From Octopus bimaculoides (lineage: Eukaryota): DNA of 43,701 bases. The stretch spans positions 12,272,333-12,316,033 of the forward strand of contig NC_069004.1 in assembly GCF_001194135.2 (NCBI RefSeq), in the 5' to 3' direction. The position numbers were made by a program, and so were the translations under genes. The notes beneath the pieces were generated by a model, which worked only from the letters and a program-made list of their open reading frames with translations, ran no database searches and was not told the origin of the DNA. Shown here in pieces: positions 11,082 to 22,830 of the stretch; position 1 is the stretch's first letter, and each line of letters opens with the position of its first letter.

Positions 11082-11505
11082 CCAGTACCGCCTGACTGGC
11101 CCTCATGCTGGTGGCATGTAAAAAGCACCCACTACACTCTCGGCAGAGTGGTTGGCGTTAGGAAGAGCATCCAGCTGTAGAAACTCTACCAGATCAGATT
11201 GGAGTCTGGTGTAGCCATCTGGTTCGCCAGTCCCCAATCAAATCGTCCAACCCATGCTAGCATGGAAAGCGGACATTAAATGATGAGGATGTAGTGTCCT
11301 ATAATGACAAAGTCTGTGTTCTCAGTGATGAGAGCACATGTGACCCTGCAATTCAAAGCTGGAAGCATACAGGCACCCACAGATATCATAGCGGTATCCT
11401 GTTGACTGGATTGAGGCAGATGCTGCTCTGTGACATCTTTATCTTGCAGCATATTATTCATCATCATCGTTTAACGTCCGCCTTCCATGCTAGCATGAGT
11501 TGGAC
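11082..11505. mobile_element. Convergent SINE B copies (+ 11082-11290; - tail 11458-11505) around a unique 165-bp island
   Basis: B tail on the + strand and its reverse complement CATCATCGTTTAACGTCCGCCTTCCATGCTAGCATG. Confidence 0.85.
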
Positions 11506-11506
11506 G

Positions 11507-11547
<41 letters not shown>

Positions 11548-11559
11548 GTTTGGCTCTGA

Positions 11560-11815
11560 TTCTATGAATTGCTAAGCTATAGGGATATAAACAAACCAAC
11601 ACCAGTTGTCAAGCAATGGTAGGAGACAAGAACACACATATATGACAGGCTTCCACACAGTTTTTATCTGCCAAATTCACTTGCAAAGCTTTGATTGGTC
11701 CAGGATTACAGTAGAAGACATTTGCCCAAGATGCTGTACAGTGGGATTGAACTTGAAACCATTTGGTTGTAAAACAAACCTGTTAATCACACAACAATTC
11801 CTGCATGTAGAAGAG
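11560..11815 (-). mobile_element. SINE family A, old copy
   Basis: Diverged reverse complement of the family A head and middle. Confidence 0.8.
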
Positions 11816-11898
11816 CACGAGTCTCATATATCTGATACTATTGTAATGTTCATGCCTTTCCCAAGTACTTTAGCAGAAGACATAAAAAGTAAATCTAC

Positions 11899-12406
11899 CG
11901 AAACTGGGAACCAATCTCTCTGGACCTCCTCCTCCTCTTCGGAGAATAAAGAAAAAAAGTACAAATTAAAACATAAAAACAAAACCAAAAAAAGAAATAG
12001 CATATTTAAATATGTGAACCTCGAGTGAAATCTTAGCCGAGTGGCTGAGTATCTAAATGATCCCTTTACGCCCTCGCTCTCCTCACCCCTCCCCTTCTCT
12101 CTTTACCCCTTTCATCTATGAATGATACACGACTGTCCCTGTCTGCAGAGTGAAGAACTGCAGCAGTTTGGTTTCGTTTTGTTGTTTTGTTCTGTGAATG
12201 AGGGCCTCTCTGTGAATTTCTAGTTCACACGCTGACTAGGAAACACATGTGTAAAGTAATCCCACTGCCCCTTGTTGTCCAGTTTTTTTTTTAGCGGGGT
12301 GGGGGGGAAATAACCACCACCAGCAACACTCTCTCTCTCTCTCTCTGTTAGGGTTAACCTTTAACCTTTCCTTGTGTTAACTTACCAAGCGAGCGAGCAA
12401 CTCCAT
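11899..12406 (-). CDS. Candidate first two coding exons of an unidentified gene: 12406-12386 (MELLARL) and 11936-11899 (RRRRSREIGSQF-R)
   Basis: GCAATGG Kozak-like start and TTG|GTAAGT donor. The second exon follows a branch and T-rich tract with an AAG acceptor and a GTAGAT donor, and the phase is compatible. It lies in a CpG-retaining, promoter-like unique region. No homology recognised. Confidence 0.3.
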
Positions 12407-13242
12407 TGCTTTTTTTGTCACAACTTTCATACAACAAACCAAACTTATTGGATTCTCTTGGTTTCTCTTTAAAAAAAACAAAAAAAAACAACAACAACAA
12501 AAAGATAAAAAGGTTTTGTTGTTGTTGTTGTTATTGTTGTGTTTTTGACCTTTCAAAAAGTAAATTACTTAATTGAAGCAAATAAAAATAAACAGACATG
12601 GGGGTACATTGAACAGAAATAGTGACCCTCTAACCCCACCCTGCCACCACATATGGGGGTGGGGGCTGTTGTTGTTGTTGTTGTTTCGTTTCCCTGGGAA
12701 GGTGGAGCTGTCTCAAAGTTAAATCTCTTTTAGCCAGAAAATAATGAGAGAACCCAAATTTTTTTATTTCTTTTATTTTTTATATTTTTAAACAATGGGA
12801 ACTTTCACAGGTGCTCCACCACCACCACCAACAACAACAACAACACCAGCCATTTATTTATAACAGTATGGCACCACTACCCCTACATGCACACACAATT
12901 CACCCCCTCTAATAATGATATGTCAATTTGTTGGGATTTAGGGTATATTTTTTTGGTGGCTGTTTTGGAGAAAGTTTTTCCCTTCCATCCCCCACCCCCC
13001 ATTGTTGTGGGAGGGAGATATGTATACTCTAATTACATAACATTGTCTGGGAGAAGAAGAGAAATTCCCCATCACCACCATCCCACTTGGGCCCTCCTGT
13101 TATGTTTTCTTTTTTCTTTATATATTGAAAAGAAAATGGTTGCTACATCTGAATCCCATTTTTCACTAACAACAGTTGTTTTCAAACTCTTCTCAGAAAA
13201 TATCTTTGTTTTTTTTTTGTTGTTTTTTTTTTTGTTATCCCA

Positions 13243-13312
13243 GGCATGGCTCTGTGGTAAGAATCTTGCTTCCCAACCACATAGTTCTAGGTTCAGTCCC
13301 ACTGCAAAGCAC
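13243..13312 (+). mobile_element. SINE A head only
   Basis: CAGGCATGGCTCTGTGGTAAGAATCTTGCTTCCCAACCAC...GGTTCAGTCCCACTGC. Confidence 0.85.
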
Positions 13313-13580
13313 CTTAGAAATAGAGGTCAATAGTTCTCTTGACATCAGGCACAATAACAATAGCTTGACAGAACTTGCTGAACATTTTGTTTCAAACGGC
13401 TGCAATTTTGAAAAAGGCTTGAAAGTGCATATTCTCAAAAAATATTCTGAATCTGCTTCCCTTTCAATACTCAAAATGCACGAGGAGAAATATGTTTGCG
13501 GGTTATTAACATCATGCCCTGGAGGAATGAATAAAATGACAGGAGAATATCATCAAATTTACACAAAGCTGTCTGATTGA
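13313..13580 (+). mobile_element. Penelope-like element, GIY-YIG endonuclease C-terminal remnant
   Basis: DIRHNNNSLTELAEHFVSNGCNFEKGLKVHILKK...LKMHEEKYVCGLLTSCPGGMNK resembles the PLE endonuclease end (H.SDI...ELA.HF...H...E..WI..L.T..P.GLN). Confidence 0.78.
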
Positions 13581-13648
13581 ATATTCTTCTTTTTCCTTTC
13601 TTTTTTCTTTCCTTTCTCTTCTTTTTTCTGTCTTTTTCTTTTTGCCAG

Positions 13649-13914
13649 TTGTAAAATTGAAACTTAAAGACTGATGGTGTCATTCTATGAATGTATGGAT
13701 GCTGGTTGCTCTTGTTCATACTTAAGATTTGAGGCCAGCAATTATGAGCTGAGGGGATTAGCCATTTACATTGCCCATAGTACTTGACCCTCTCTACAAA
13801 GTGTTTGAGGAATGAAAATGCTGAGATTTGGCTATTATTTGTTGCATAGCAAGCACCTATATCAAGGCTGCAAATGTTGCTCCAAGAAGATTTCATCTAT
13901 ATGTAACATGATAG
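13649..13914 (+). CDS. Candidate exon with possible start at 13812 (MKMLRFGYYLLHSKHLYQGCKCCSKKISSICNMI-G)
   Basis: About 60-nt polypyrimidine tract plus CAG at 13646-13648, AG|GTAAGT donor at 13914/13915, in-frame stop just upstream of the ATG. No homology recognised. Confidence 0.3.
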
Positions 13915-14099
13915 GTAAGTCACTCCAACCATGACTACCCTTGTCTACCTTGTTGGCTACAGTTGTTAATTACAATTATTAGATAGCAAATGACTTCACT
14001 GAGGATTGAACTGGGCCTACATGTTTTAGTCTTTGATATTCACAGCATTTTTTTTTTGTAATATTATAGGTTTTTTTCCCCCACTTTTTCTCCCTTTAC

Positions 14100-14753
14100 N
14101 NNNNNNNNNNNNNNNNNNNNNNNNNNNNNNNNNNNNNNNNNNNNNNNNNNNNNNNNNNNNNNNNNNNNNNNNNNNNNNNNNNNNNNNNNNNNNNNNNNNN
14201 NNNNNNNNNNNNNNNNNNNNNNNNNNNNNNNNNNNNNNNNNNNNNNNNNNNNNNNNNNNNNNNNNNNNNNNNNNNNNNNNNNNNNNNNNNNNNNNNNNNN
14301 NNNNNNNNNNNNNNNNNNNNNNNNNNNNNNNNNNNNNNNNNNNNNNNNNNNNNNNNNNNNNNNNNNNNNNNNNNNNNNNNNNNNNNNNNNNNNNNNNNNN
14401 NNNNNNNNNNNNNNNNNNNNNNNNNNNNNNNNNNNNNNNNNNNNNNNNNNNNNNNNNNNNNNNNNNNNNNNNNNNNNNNNNNNNNNNNNNNNNNNNNNNN
14501 NNNNNNNNNNNNNNNNNNNNNNNNNNNNNNNNNNNNNNNNNNNNNNNNNNNNNNNNNNNNNNNNNNNNNNNNNNNNNNNNNNNNNNNNNNNNNNNNNNNN
14601 NNNNNNNNNNNNNNNNNNNNNNNNNNNNNNNNNNNNNNNNNNNNNNNNNNNNNNNNNNNNNNNNNNNNNNNNNNNNNNNNNNNNNNNNNNNNNNNNNNNN
14701 NNNNNNNNNNNNNNNNNNNNNNNNNNNNNNNNNNNNNNNNNNNNNNNNNNNNN
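14100..14753. other. Assembly gap
   Basis: Run of N. Confidence 1.
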
Positions 14754-14791
14754 TTTTTTTTTTTTTTTTTTTTTTTTAGTACACAATTTAG

Positions 14792-14949
14792 GGTATTTCT
14801 TTATCTGGCAATAGCACTAATCCAGATCTGCAAGTATTAATCTGTAAATTACACTTGAGTCTTGCTGAGAGAGAATGGACAGATATTGGGAGTTGGAATA
14901 TTTCTTCAGAAGAAGCCTTGTCTTTTGTTCAGAATTTTAACAATATTGT
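14792..14949 (+). CDS. Candidate coding exon GISLSGNSTNPDLQVLICKLHLSLAEREWTDIGSWNISSEEALSFVQNFNNIV
   Basis: 52 open codons of non-repetitive, protein-like composition after poly-T and TTTAG, with a GTATGT donor at 14950. Caveat: an earlier AG at 14778-14779 would give stops in all frames. Confidence 0.35.
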
Positions 14950-15059
14950 GTATGTGTATGTACAGAGGCCATGGCCACACACATTCACACACACACACTC
15001 ACACACACACACATACACACACATGTGGTCACCACAGCAATACTATATGTATGTGTGAA

Positions 15060-15780
15060 GGCAGTGAGCTGGCAGAATTGTTATCACACCAGATAAAATC
15101 CTTAGCAGCATTTCTTCCAACTTTACATTCTGAGTTCAAATTCTGCCAAGGTCAACTTTGTCTTTCTTCCTTCCAGGTTTGATAAAATAAATACCAATAG
15201 AACACCACGGTTGATGTAATTGGCTTACCTCCTTGTGCCAAAATTTGGAATCAATATTATATGTGGGTGTATGACAACAAGGTGGCAGAATCGAAAGCAT
15301 GCTGGACAAAATGTTTAGTGGCATTTCATCTGTCTTTATGTTCTGAGTTCAAATTCCGCCAAAGTCAACTTTGATTTTCATCGTTTAGGGATCAGTAGAA
15401 TAAGTACTACTTGAACACTGGGGTCAATGTAATCAGCTTACCCCCTCCCCCAAAATTGCTGGAACACTCATCATTATAACCAACGGGATACCAGATTGGA
15501 AATTATATTTTTAAAAAATTGCAAAAATGTTTTGTGCTCTGTAGAAGTACAACCAGTTTATTCTTTTCTACTCTAAGCACAAGGTCTGAAATTTTGGGGG
15601 AAGGGGCCAGTCGATTAGATTGACTCCAGTACACAACTGGTACTTAATTTATCGACCCTGTAAGGATGAAAGGCAAAGTTGACTTCAGCGGAATTTAAAC
15701 TCAGAACGTAAAGACAGACGAAATACTGTTAAGCATTTCGCCCAGCATGCTAACATCTCTGCCAGCTCACCGCCTTGGTA
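15060..15780. mobile_element. Cluster of three SINE C copies (+ 15060-15260, + 15280-15465, - 15560-15780)
   Basis: TTCTGAGTTCAAATTC and CCTTTCATCC modules in both orientations. Confidence 0.88.
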
Positions 15781-15814
15781 CAACCAATTTATTGCAGATA
15801 AATTTTAGCAACAA

Positions 15815-16158
15815 AATCTTATGGGTGGCATGTAAAATGCACCTTTCAAGCATTGGGCCTCATGGAGGCAATGACAAATTACTGGGACCTTTGGCATTAT
15901 GCCATGCTTGAGAAGAAGACCCATCAAGCCAAGTAGACATGGCAGATACTGGTGTAATGTGAATGGCACCTGTGCCAGCCGCATGTAAAAGCACCCGTTA
16001 CACTCTTAGAGTGGTTGGTTTTAGGAAGGGCATCCAGCTGTAGAAACCATGCCAAATCAGACACTAGTCTAGTGTAGTGTCTCAGCTTGCCAGCTATGGT
16101 TAAACCGGCCAACCCATGCCAGCATGGACAATGGACATTAAGTTGTGATGATAATGAT
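15815..16158 (+). mobile_element. SINE family B
   Basis: GGCATGTAAAA repeats, AGGAAGGGCATCCAGCTGTAGAAAC, CCCATGCCAGCATGG tail. Confidence 0.88.
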
Positions 16159-16782
16159 CCCCAAGGCCCATATGAATTCTGGTTTAAAATCACTGGGTTA
16201 GACGATATCATTTTGACCCAAGTACTCGACTGGTACTTTATCTTGTTGGTCCAGGTGGGATGAAAGATAAAGTTAACATTGTCAAATCAACTGGAGCTCT
16301 TCTTGTCATTACCCAAGGAGTGACAGTTTACATGTGTGTATATGTGTAAATAGTTGTACATGAACATTACCATAGTTTGTTTTCATTCTTCTATAAAAAA
16401 AAAAAAAGGAAAATATGTCTAGCTATAGAAAAATATTACCTGTCTTGGAAACAGGTAAGACTTGGTGACAAGAAAGACATCCAGCAGTAGAAAATCCATC
16501 TTGGTAAATTCTGTTACACTTGCAAATACAGGAACATCTTTGTGGGTCTTATTTTACTTTCAAACAAACAAGACCAATATCATTCATCTCTAGCCCAGTG
16601 GATAAGCAATCTTACTTCATTCTGTTTAAAACTGGAGGTAGTAGGTTCTAATCTGTACTGGTGCTACTGTTCACATCCAAGACTACAGCCTCCCTGATGA
16701 CAATCTGGTAAGTCTTTAGTCTTCAACAACCAACTTAAATATATTGTTGATGGTCACAACATCTCCAGAGTGAAAGAAAGCG

Positions 16783-17100
16783 TGTGGCTTAATGGTTAGG
16801 GTATTCGGCTCTGGATTGTAAGGTGGTGAGTTCAATACCCAGTGGTGTATTGTGTCCTTGAGCAAGACACTTTATTTCACATTGCTCCAGTTCATTCAAC
16901 TGACAAAATGAGTTGTACTTGTAATTCAAAGAGTCAGCCTTGTCACACTGTGTCACGCTGAATCTCCCTGAGAACCATGTTAAGGGTACATGTGTCTGTG
17001 GAGTACTCAGCCACTTGCACATTAATTCGACAAGCAGGCTCTTCTGTTGATCAGACCAACAGGAATCCTTATTATCACAACCGATGGAGTGCCAAGCGTA
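16783..17100 (+). mobile_element. SINE family D (tRNA-like head)
   Basis: GTGTGGCTTAATGGTTAGGG A-box, GAGTTCAATACCC B-box, TGTGTCCTTGAGCAAGACACT, ending GGAGTGCCAA. Confidence 0.88.
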
Positions 17101-17461
17101 GTTAAAGATAGGAGTTCTTCTTCTAGCATGTTATTGACATCACATGACCAAACCTTATTACATCTACACATACCACCACCACCACCACCACCACCACCAC
17201 CACTACCACTGCTGTTGCTGCTGCTCAGCCTGAATGTAGTTCTTAATTGAAATATCCCGTGTGGCTTCTAATATATCTTATTTACTCCATTGTATAAACA
17301 CAGACGTACATAAAGATGTTTCTTTTGGAGGCAATCAAATATAACAAGTACAAATTGAATTTCTTTGCAACTAATTACAAATATACATATATATGTATCA
17401 TAAGCATATACAACCAGCAGCATTACCCCCACACACACACACACACACACATGTACATATA

Positions 17462-17507
<46 letters not shown>

Positions 17508-17628
17508 TCTAAATATATATACACATACAGGCACACACATATATATGTAATTACATAAATATAAGTAAATATGTATATATGTACATATAGGTAGATATAT
17601 ATATATATATATATATGTACATATAGGT

Positions 17629-17683
<55 letters not shown>

Positions 17684-17716
17684 AATGTATATATAGGTAG
17701 ATTTATATATATTTAT

Positions 17717-18246
17717 ATATATAAGAAGAAAAAGAAAATGGAGATTGGGAAGTTAATAATTATTTATTATTAGCAACAAATCAATCATCATCCCTTAAAG
17801 CTATTTCAATTAATACTCAGTGAATTAAATATTAAATTGATATGCCCTGAACATATCTTCAGTGGGGAAAAAGCATGATTTATATGTGTGTTTATATATG
17901 TGATTCAGTCTGCTATAATGAATCCATAAACACATATATAAAACATCCAGAGGTATATTTTTTTCTCCCCGAAGGTATTATGCTCAGGGCATATGAATTT
18001 AAACAGTTGCAGCATAGAAGGTGTTTTATAAGCCATTTAAAAAAAACACAAAAACCCGTTACATTCGCTACAAACTGCAACCTGTTCATTGACAAAATTT
18101 TGTGCTGCATATGAATTTAATATTCAATTAATTCATTGAGTATTAATTGAAACAGCTGTAAGGGATGATGATTTATTTGCTGTTAATAATAAACAATTAT
18201 TAATTTTCCAATCTCCATTTTCTTTTCTTTTTCTTCTTTTATATAT
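17717..18246. repeat. Long fold-back (inverted repeat) element between TA microsatellites, with a 104-bp insert in the right arm
   Basis: 17717-17907 pairs with 17919-18002 plus 18107-18246. The insert 18003-18106 is flanked by a GCATATGAATTTAA direct repeat. Confidence 0.85.
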
Positions 18247-18263
18247 GAATTTAAACTATATGG

Positions 18264-18303
<40 letters not shown>

Positions 18304-18439
18304 ATTATTTTAAGGAAATCAATTCCACAAAAATATTAGGTATTGAANNNNNNNNNNATATATATACCTATTATTTTAAGGAAATCAATTCCACAAAAAT
18401 ATTAGGTATTGAACCAGTATTTCCTTGGATGATACCAGT

Positions 18440-19615
18440 GGAAGACGGTCAGATTGCCAGCTTGCTCAATGGCAAGTGGTCCCCTGCACCATTAGAATCC
18501 ATATATGGGGCCCCGTACGTGTCAGGGAGCAAGTCATTATCTTCTTGGAACATGATCAGCTTCCTCCTAACAATATGTTCCATGGCTTTGCTGACATGCA
18601 AGATTAGAAAGACAGGCCTATAATTTTTAGCATCTGCTCTGTTACTTTCTTTATGGAGAGGAAATATTATGCCTTCCTTTAAGTTTCTTGGAAGCCTCCC
18701 ATTTGCAAAGAAGCTTTGGAAGAGAATCTATAGTGGTCTTGCTAAAGCCCCTTTGCATTTCGTTTTGAGGATTACTGGAAATCCATTAGGGCCTGTGGCC
18801 AAGTTTAATCTCATTTCATCAATTTCCTCTATTTTGATGTAATCAATACTTGCCATCTGTGTGTGTAAAGCTGTGCCAAAGAACTCATCAGGCATAGCTA
18901 TTTGTAATGTCCCAATGGAGATGTGCAAACACTTTTGTATTGCACATTCTGTATTTCACTTAGCCCCTGGGGGTCTGCAGTCAGTGAGCCATTAAGTTCA
19001 CTTTCAATCTCAAGCAGTGTTTATTTGAGATACGAATCTTTGCTATACTTCAGTGGCCCATTTACATGGTTTGAAATCTTTGCTCATCATCTCATTAGAG
19101 TCTTCCCCTCCCTAAGGATTATATTTTTCTGTTAGTTTGACATTCTCTCTGGTGCAAACTTACTGCATATGTCATACATGATTGTCATAAAGTGACCCTT
19201 TTCTGAATACCCTTCCAACCAGCTTTACGGAAGTTCAGGCTGGAAAGAAGTTAGGTATTTCTAGCACCCTGCATGTTGGCAATCTTCTGCAGACCATACA
19301 TTGTTATTTCTGTTAAGTTATGGTCCGAGAAAATTATCAGTGTCACCTTAATGTTATGGATGGGCACCGTGTGACTTCTGAAGCAAAAGTCCAGAACATT
19401 TTTACTCCTTGTTGGGTGGAACCCTATTTGTTCCATGAAGAGCGTGTTTATGAGGTTGAGCAGAGACTCTCCTTGTCTACATTCATGCTGTGACATACCT
19501 CAGTGAAGGCAGCCCCCAGGCCATTCAACAATAGGAAGGTTGAAGTCTCCTAGATGTATATGAAGGCTGTCATCTAGGTTGGTTAATACTTCTATTTTCT
19601 TCAAATGAACCTCCA
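18440..19615 (-). mobile_element. Decayed LINE ORF2 (APE endonuclease C-terminus plus RT N-terminus; CR1/Jockey-like)
   Basis: LGDFNLPIVEW (GDFN), HPTRSKNVLDFCF...FSDHNLTEI (APE end), ATGPNGFPVIL..CKGALARPL, KNYRPVFLILHVSKAMEHIVRRKLIMFQEDNDLL, with multiple frameshifts. Confidence 0.9.
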
Positions 19616-19642
19616 TGATTTGGAGTAATATATATATATATA

Positions 19643-20360
19643 NNNNNNNNNNNNNNNNNNNNNNNNNNNNNNNNNNNNNNNNNNNNNNNNNNNNNNNNNN
19701 NNNNNNNNNNNNNNNNNNNNNNNNNNNNNNNNNNNNNNNNNNNNNNNNNNNNNNNNNNNNNNNNNNNNNNNNNNNNNNNNNNNNNNNNNNNNNNNNNNNN
19801 NNNNNNNNNNNNNNNNNNNNNNNNNNNNNNNNNNNNNNNNNNNNNNNNNNNNNNNNNNNNNNNNNNNNNNNNNNNNNNNNNNNNNNNNNNNNNNNNNNNN
19901 NNNNNNNNNNNNNNNNNNNNNNNNNNNNNNNNNNNNNNNNNNNNNNNNNNNNNNNNNNNNNNNNNNNNNNNNNNNNNNNNNNNNNNNNNNNNNNNNNNNN
20001 NNNNNNNNNNNNNNNNNNNNNNNNNNNNNNNNNNNNNNNNNNNNNNNNNNNNNNNNNNNNNNNNNNNNNNNNNNNNNNNNNNNNNNNNNNNNNNNNNNNN
20101 NNNNNNNNNNNNNNNNNNNNNNNNNNNNNNNNNNNNNNNNNNNNNNNNNNNNNNNNNNNNNNNNNNNNNNNNNNNNNNNNNNNNNNNNNNNNNNNNNNNN
20201 NNNNNNNNNNNNNNNNNNNNNNNNNNNNNNNNNNNNNNNNNNNNNNNNNNNNNNNNNNNNNNNNNNNNNNNNNNNNNNNNNNNNNNNNNNNNNNNNNNNN
20301 NNNNNNNNNNNNNNNNNNNNNNNNNNNNNNNNNNNNNNNNNNNNNNNNNNNNNNNNNNNN
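19643..20360. other. Assembly gap
   Basis: Run of N. Confidence 1.
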
Positions 20361-20567
20361 TTTATGTTTTATTTATATTCCTGCAGAACTAATGTGGGGT
20401 ATAGAATATGGAATATACAATATATAATATAATATACAATATATAATATAAAATAAAATAAAAATGGATGGCACCATGAAATAAAGTATTGAATGTAGAT
20501 GAAATATTGAGTGTTCAATATAAAGGATCAAATATATAAATATATAAATATAAATATATATATATAA

Positions 20568-20603
20568 AGGCGACTCGAGTTTCAGGGTTATTTCCCTTCG
20601 TCA
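20568..20603 (-). ncRNA. 5'-truncated type I hammerhead (family HH-A relative)
   Basis: Minus strand reads TGACGA-AGGG-AAATAA-CCCT-GAAA-CTCGAG-TC-GCC, with palindromic stem III ACTCGAGT and a canonical GUC triplet. C3 and the 5' strand of stem I are replaced by an adjacent SINE B tail. Confidence 0.7.
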
Positions 20604-20604
20604 C

Positions 20605-20905
20605 ATCAACATCATTTAACATACATTTTCCATGCTGGCATGGGTTGGATGGTTTGACCAGGGCTGGCCAGCTGGGGAGCTGCACCTAATTCCAGTCTGA
20701 TTAGGTTTGGTCTCTATGGATGGATGCCCTTTCTATTGCCAACCATCTTACAATGTATGGTGGGTGCTTTTTACACGGCACCAGTACAGGGCTCTTGCAG
20801 GCCAGTCCTCATCAGAATTGGGTGCAGCATTAACATTTCTGTTGGAGGATGAGTCTTCTTGAGTATGCAAGGCGCCAGATTGAGAAGACCCGTCCTCCAC
20901 AGCAG
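20605..20905 (-). mobile_element. SINE family B
   Basis: Reverse complement of the B tail and body. Confidence 0.88.
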
Positions 20906-20909
20906 AAGT

Positions 20910-20946
<37 letters not shown>

Positions 20947-22097
20947 ATTTATAATATTTATTTGTGTGTGTGCATGCACATCAGTCAGCCTGTGTGAACA
21001 TACATATACTGCATACACACCCATGCATGCCCCCTCCACACACATACACACATATTTATAGTTCTTTGTGTGTGTGTATTAACTAGTGTTTGTTTTTCTG
21101 TCTTACTTCAGCCCCTTGTGGCCCATCACCTTAGAGAAAAACAACCTGATCACCCTCATTAAACATCATTATTCTCTCTCACTTTCTCCCTCTCTCACTT
21201 TCTCCCTCTCTCACTATCTCTCTCTCTCTCTCTCTCTTTCATGTTTATTATTCATGTATTGTGTTGTATGTAAACCTTCACACGCCTATATTCAGCTACA
21301 CTGGAACCAGTTTTTGGCACACAATCATTATTCCTTCCACTGTCTGAGACCAGAGTATTCTAGAAGGATTGCCTCGTAACATCAATCGACCAATACACGT
21401 CTAATTAGCTGCTTCAACACTATTTTTGTTTTTGACTCCCGTAAATAAATGAACTTTTCTTTCGTAAGTTAAACTCTCTGGGTCCTTAGCTACCCCGAAT
21501 CCACCCCTAGCACTGTACATTTGCCGAGGCTGGCGTGGGGTGGGCGGATATTTTTGTTTTTTGGTTTATGTTCTAATTATGTGTCTATTATTAGTCTTTG
21601 TTTCTCTGCAGCCAGTCTGTTGGAGGTTTGAGGACTGGGGGGCGGTAGGGTAGCATAGTACCACAAATACTTACGGAGTTGGTGGTGGTGGTGGTTTGGA
21701 AAAGGGTGAGGGGTGTTGTTCTATTCTTGTACCTTGAACATATCTGCATCAGCAATCCTGCGCTCCACCCCACCCGATGCACCATATTTCACTGACAAAC
21801 ACCCCTCCACGCAACCACTGAAACTACCATCATCACCATCACAACCTCCACCATTACCACCGCCACCATCACTACCACCACCACCACTACTACCACCACC
21901 ACCATCACTGCCATCATCACCACCGCTACCACAGTTCTTCAGGCCTCGAAATATGTGTCTGTCTGTGTGGCTTTGTTTATGTTTATTAGTGTTGTGTCCC
22001 TTTACATAAAGGGACGCAACAGCTCTACCTTTCCATTAATGCCCGTGCCTCCCCATACACATGCTTTCTGCCAGTTGTATTATTGCTGCTGCTATAT

Positions 22098-22420
22098 TTT
22101 TTACTTGTTTCAGTCATTAGACTGTGGCCATGCTGGGGCATTGCCTTGAAGAATTTTCAGTCAAATTAAGTTTTTTAAGCCTGGTACTTATTCTGTCTAT
22201 CTATTTTGCCAAAACTGCTAAGTTACAGGGATGTAAACCCACACACACACACATATATATATATATATGATGGGCTTCTTTCAGTTTCCATATACCAAAT
22301 CCACTCGTAATGCTTTGGTTCACCCGAAACTATATTAGAAGATTCTTGCCCAAGGTACCACACAGCAGAACTAAACCTGGAACCATGCTATTGCAAACTT
22401 CTTACCACACAACCTTACCT
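22098..22420 (-). mobile_element. SINE family A
   Basis: TTTTACTTGTTTCAGTCATTAGACTGTGGCCATGCTGG to CTTCTTACCACAC. Confidence 0.88.
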
Positions 22421-22532
22421 GGCAATAATATCAAATAGTGGTGGTCACTGGAATTGGTGTGATAGTGTTGTGTCTCATTGGCAAGATTGGATTGGAATAG
22501 AAACCTGAAGATATATATATATNNNNNNNNNN

Positions 22533-22563
<31 letters not shown>

Positions 22564-22677
22564 GTTATGTCATGACATGGTATGAACCAAATCAATATTG
22601 TTATTACCACATGTGTATATAAACAAATGTACAATTGATTTTAGAAGCATTGAATGTGTATCATACAATACAAAGTG

Positions 22678-22830
22678 ATATTTTGAATGCAGTATTGCCA
22701 TTAGAACAGCAGAAAAATAGGGTATTATTACCCCTACAAGGCTGCTTGTTGACAAGTTTTTTCCGACTTGTAAGGGTATTAATACCCAATTTTTCTGCTG
22801 CTTTAATGGCAAGACTGCATTCGAAATATT
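22678..22830. repeat. ~63-bp-arm inverted repeat (MITE-like or hairpin RNA-like)
   Basis: GAATGCAGTATTGCCATTAGAACAGCAGAAAAATAGGGTATTATTACCCCTACAAG pairs with CTTGTAAGGGTATTAATACCCAATTTTTCTGCTGCTTTAATGGCAAGACTGCATTC; 26-nt spacer. Confidence 0.9.

Noticed and set aside
18296-18414. Direct repeat of ~50 bp around an 11-N gap
   Set aside because: Identical overlap across a gap at a (TA)n tract is a contig-join artefact.
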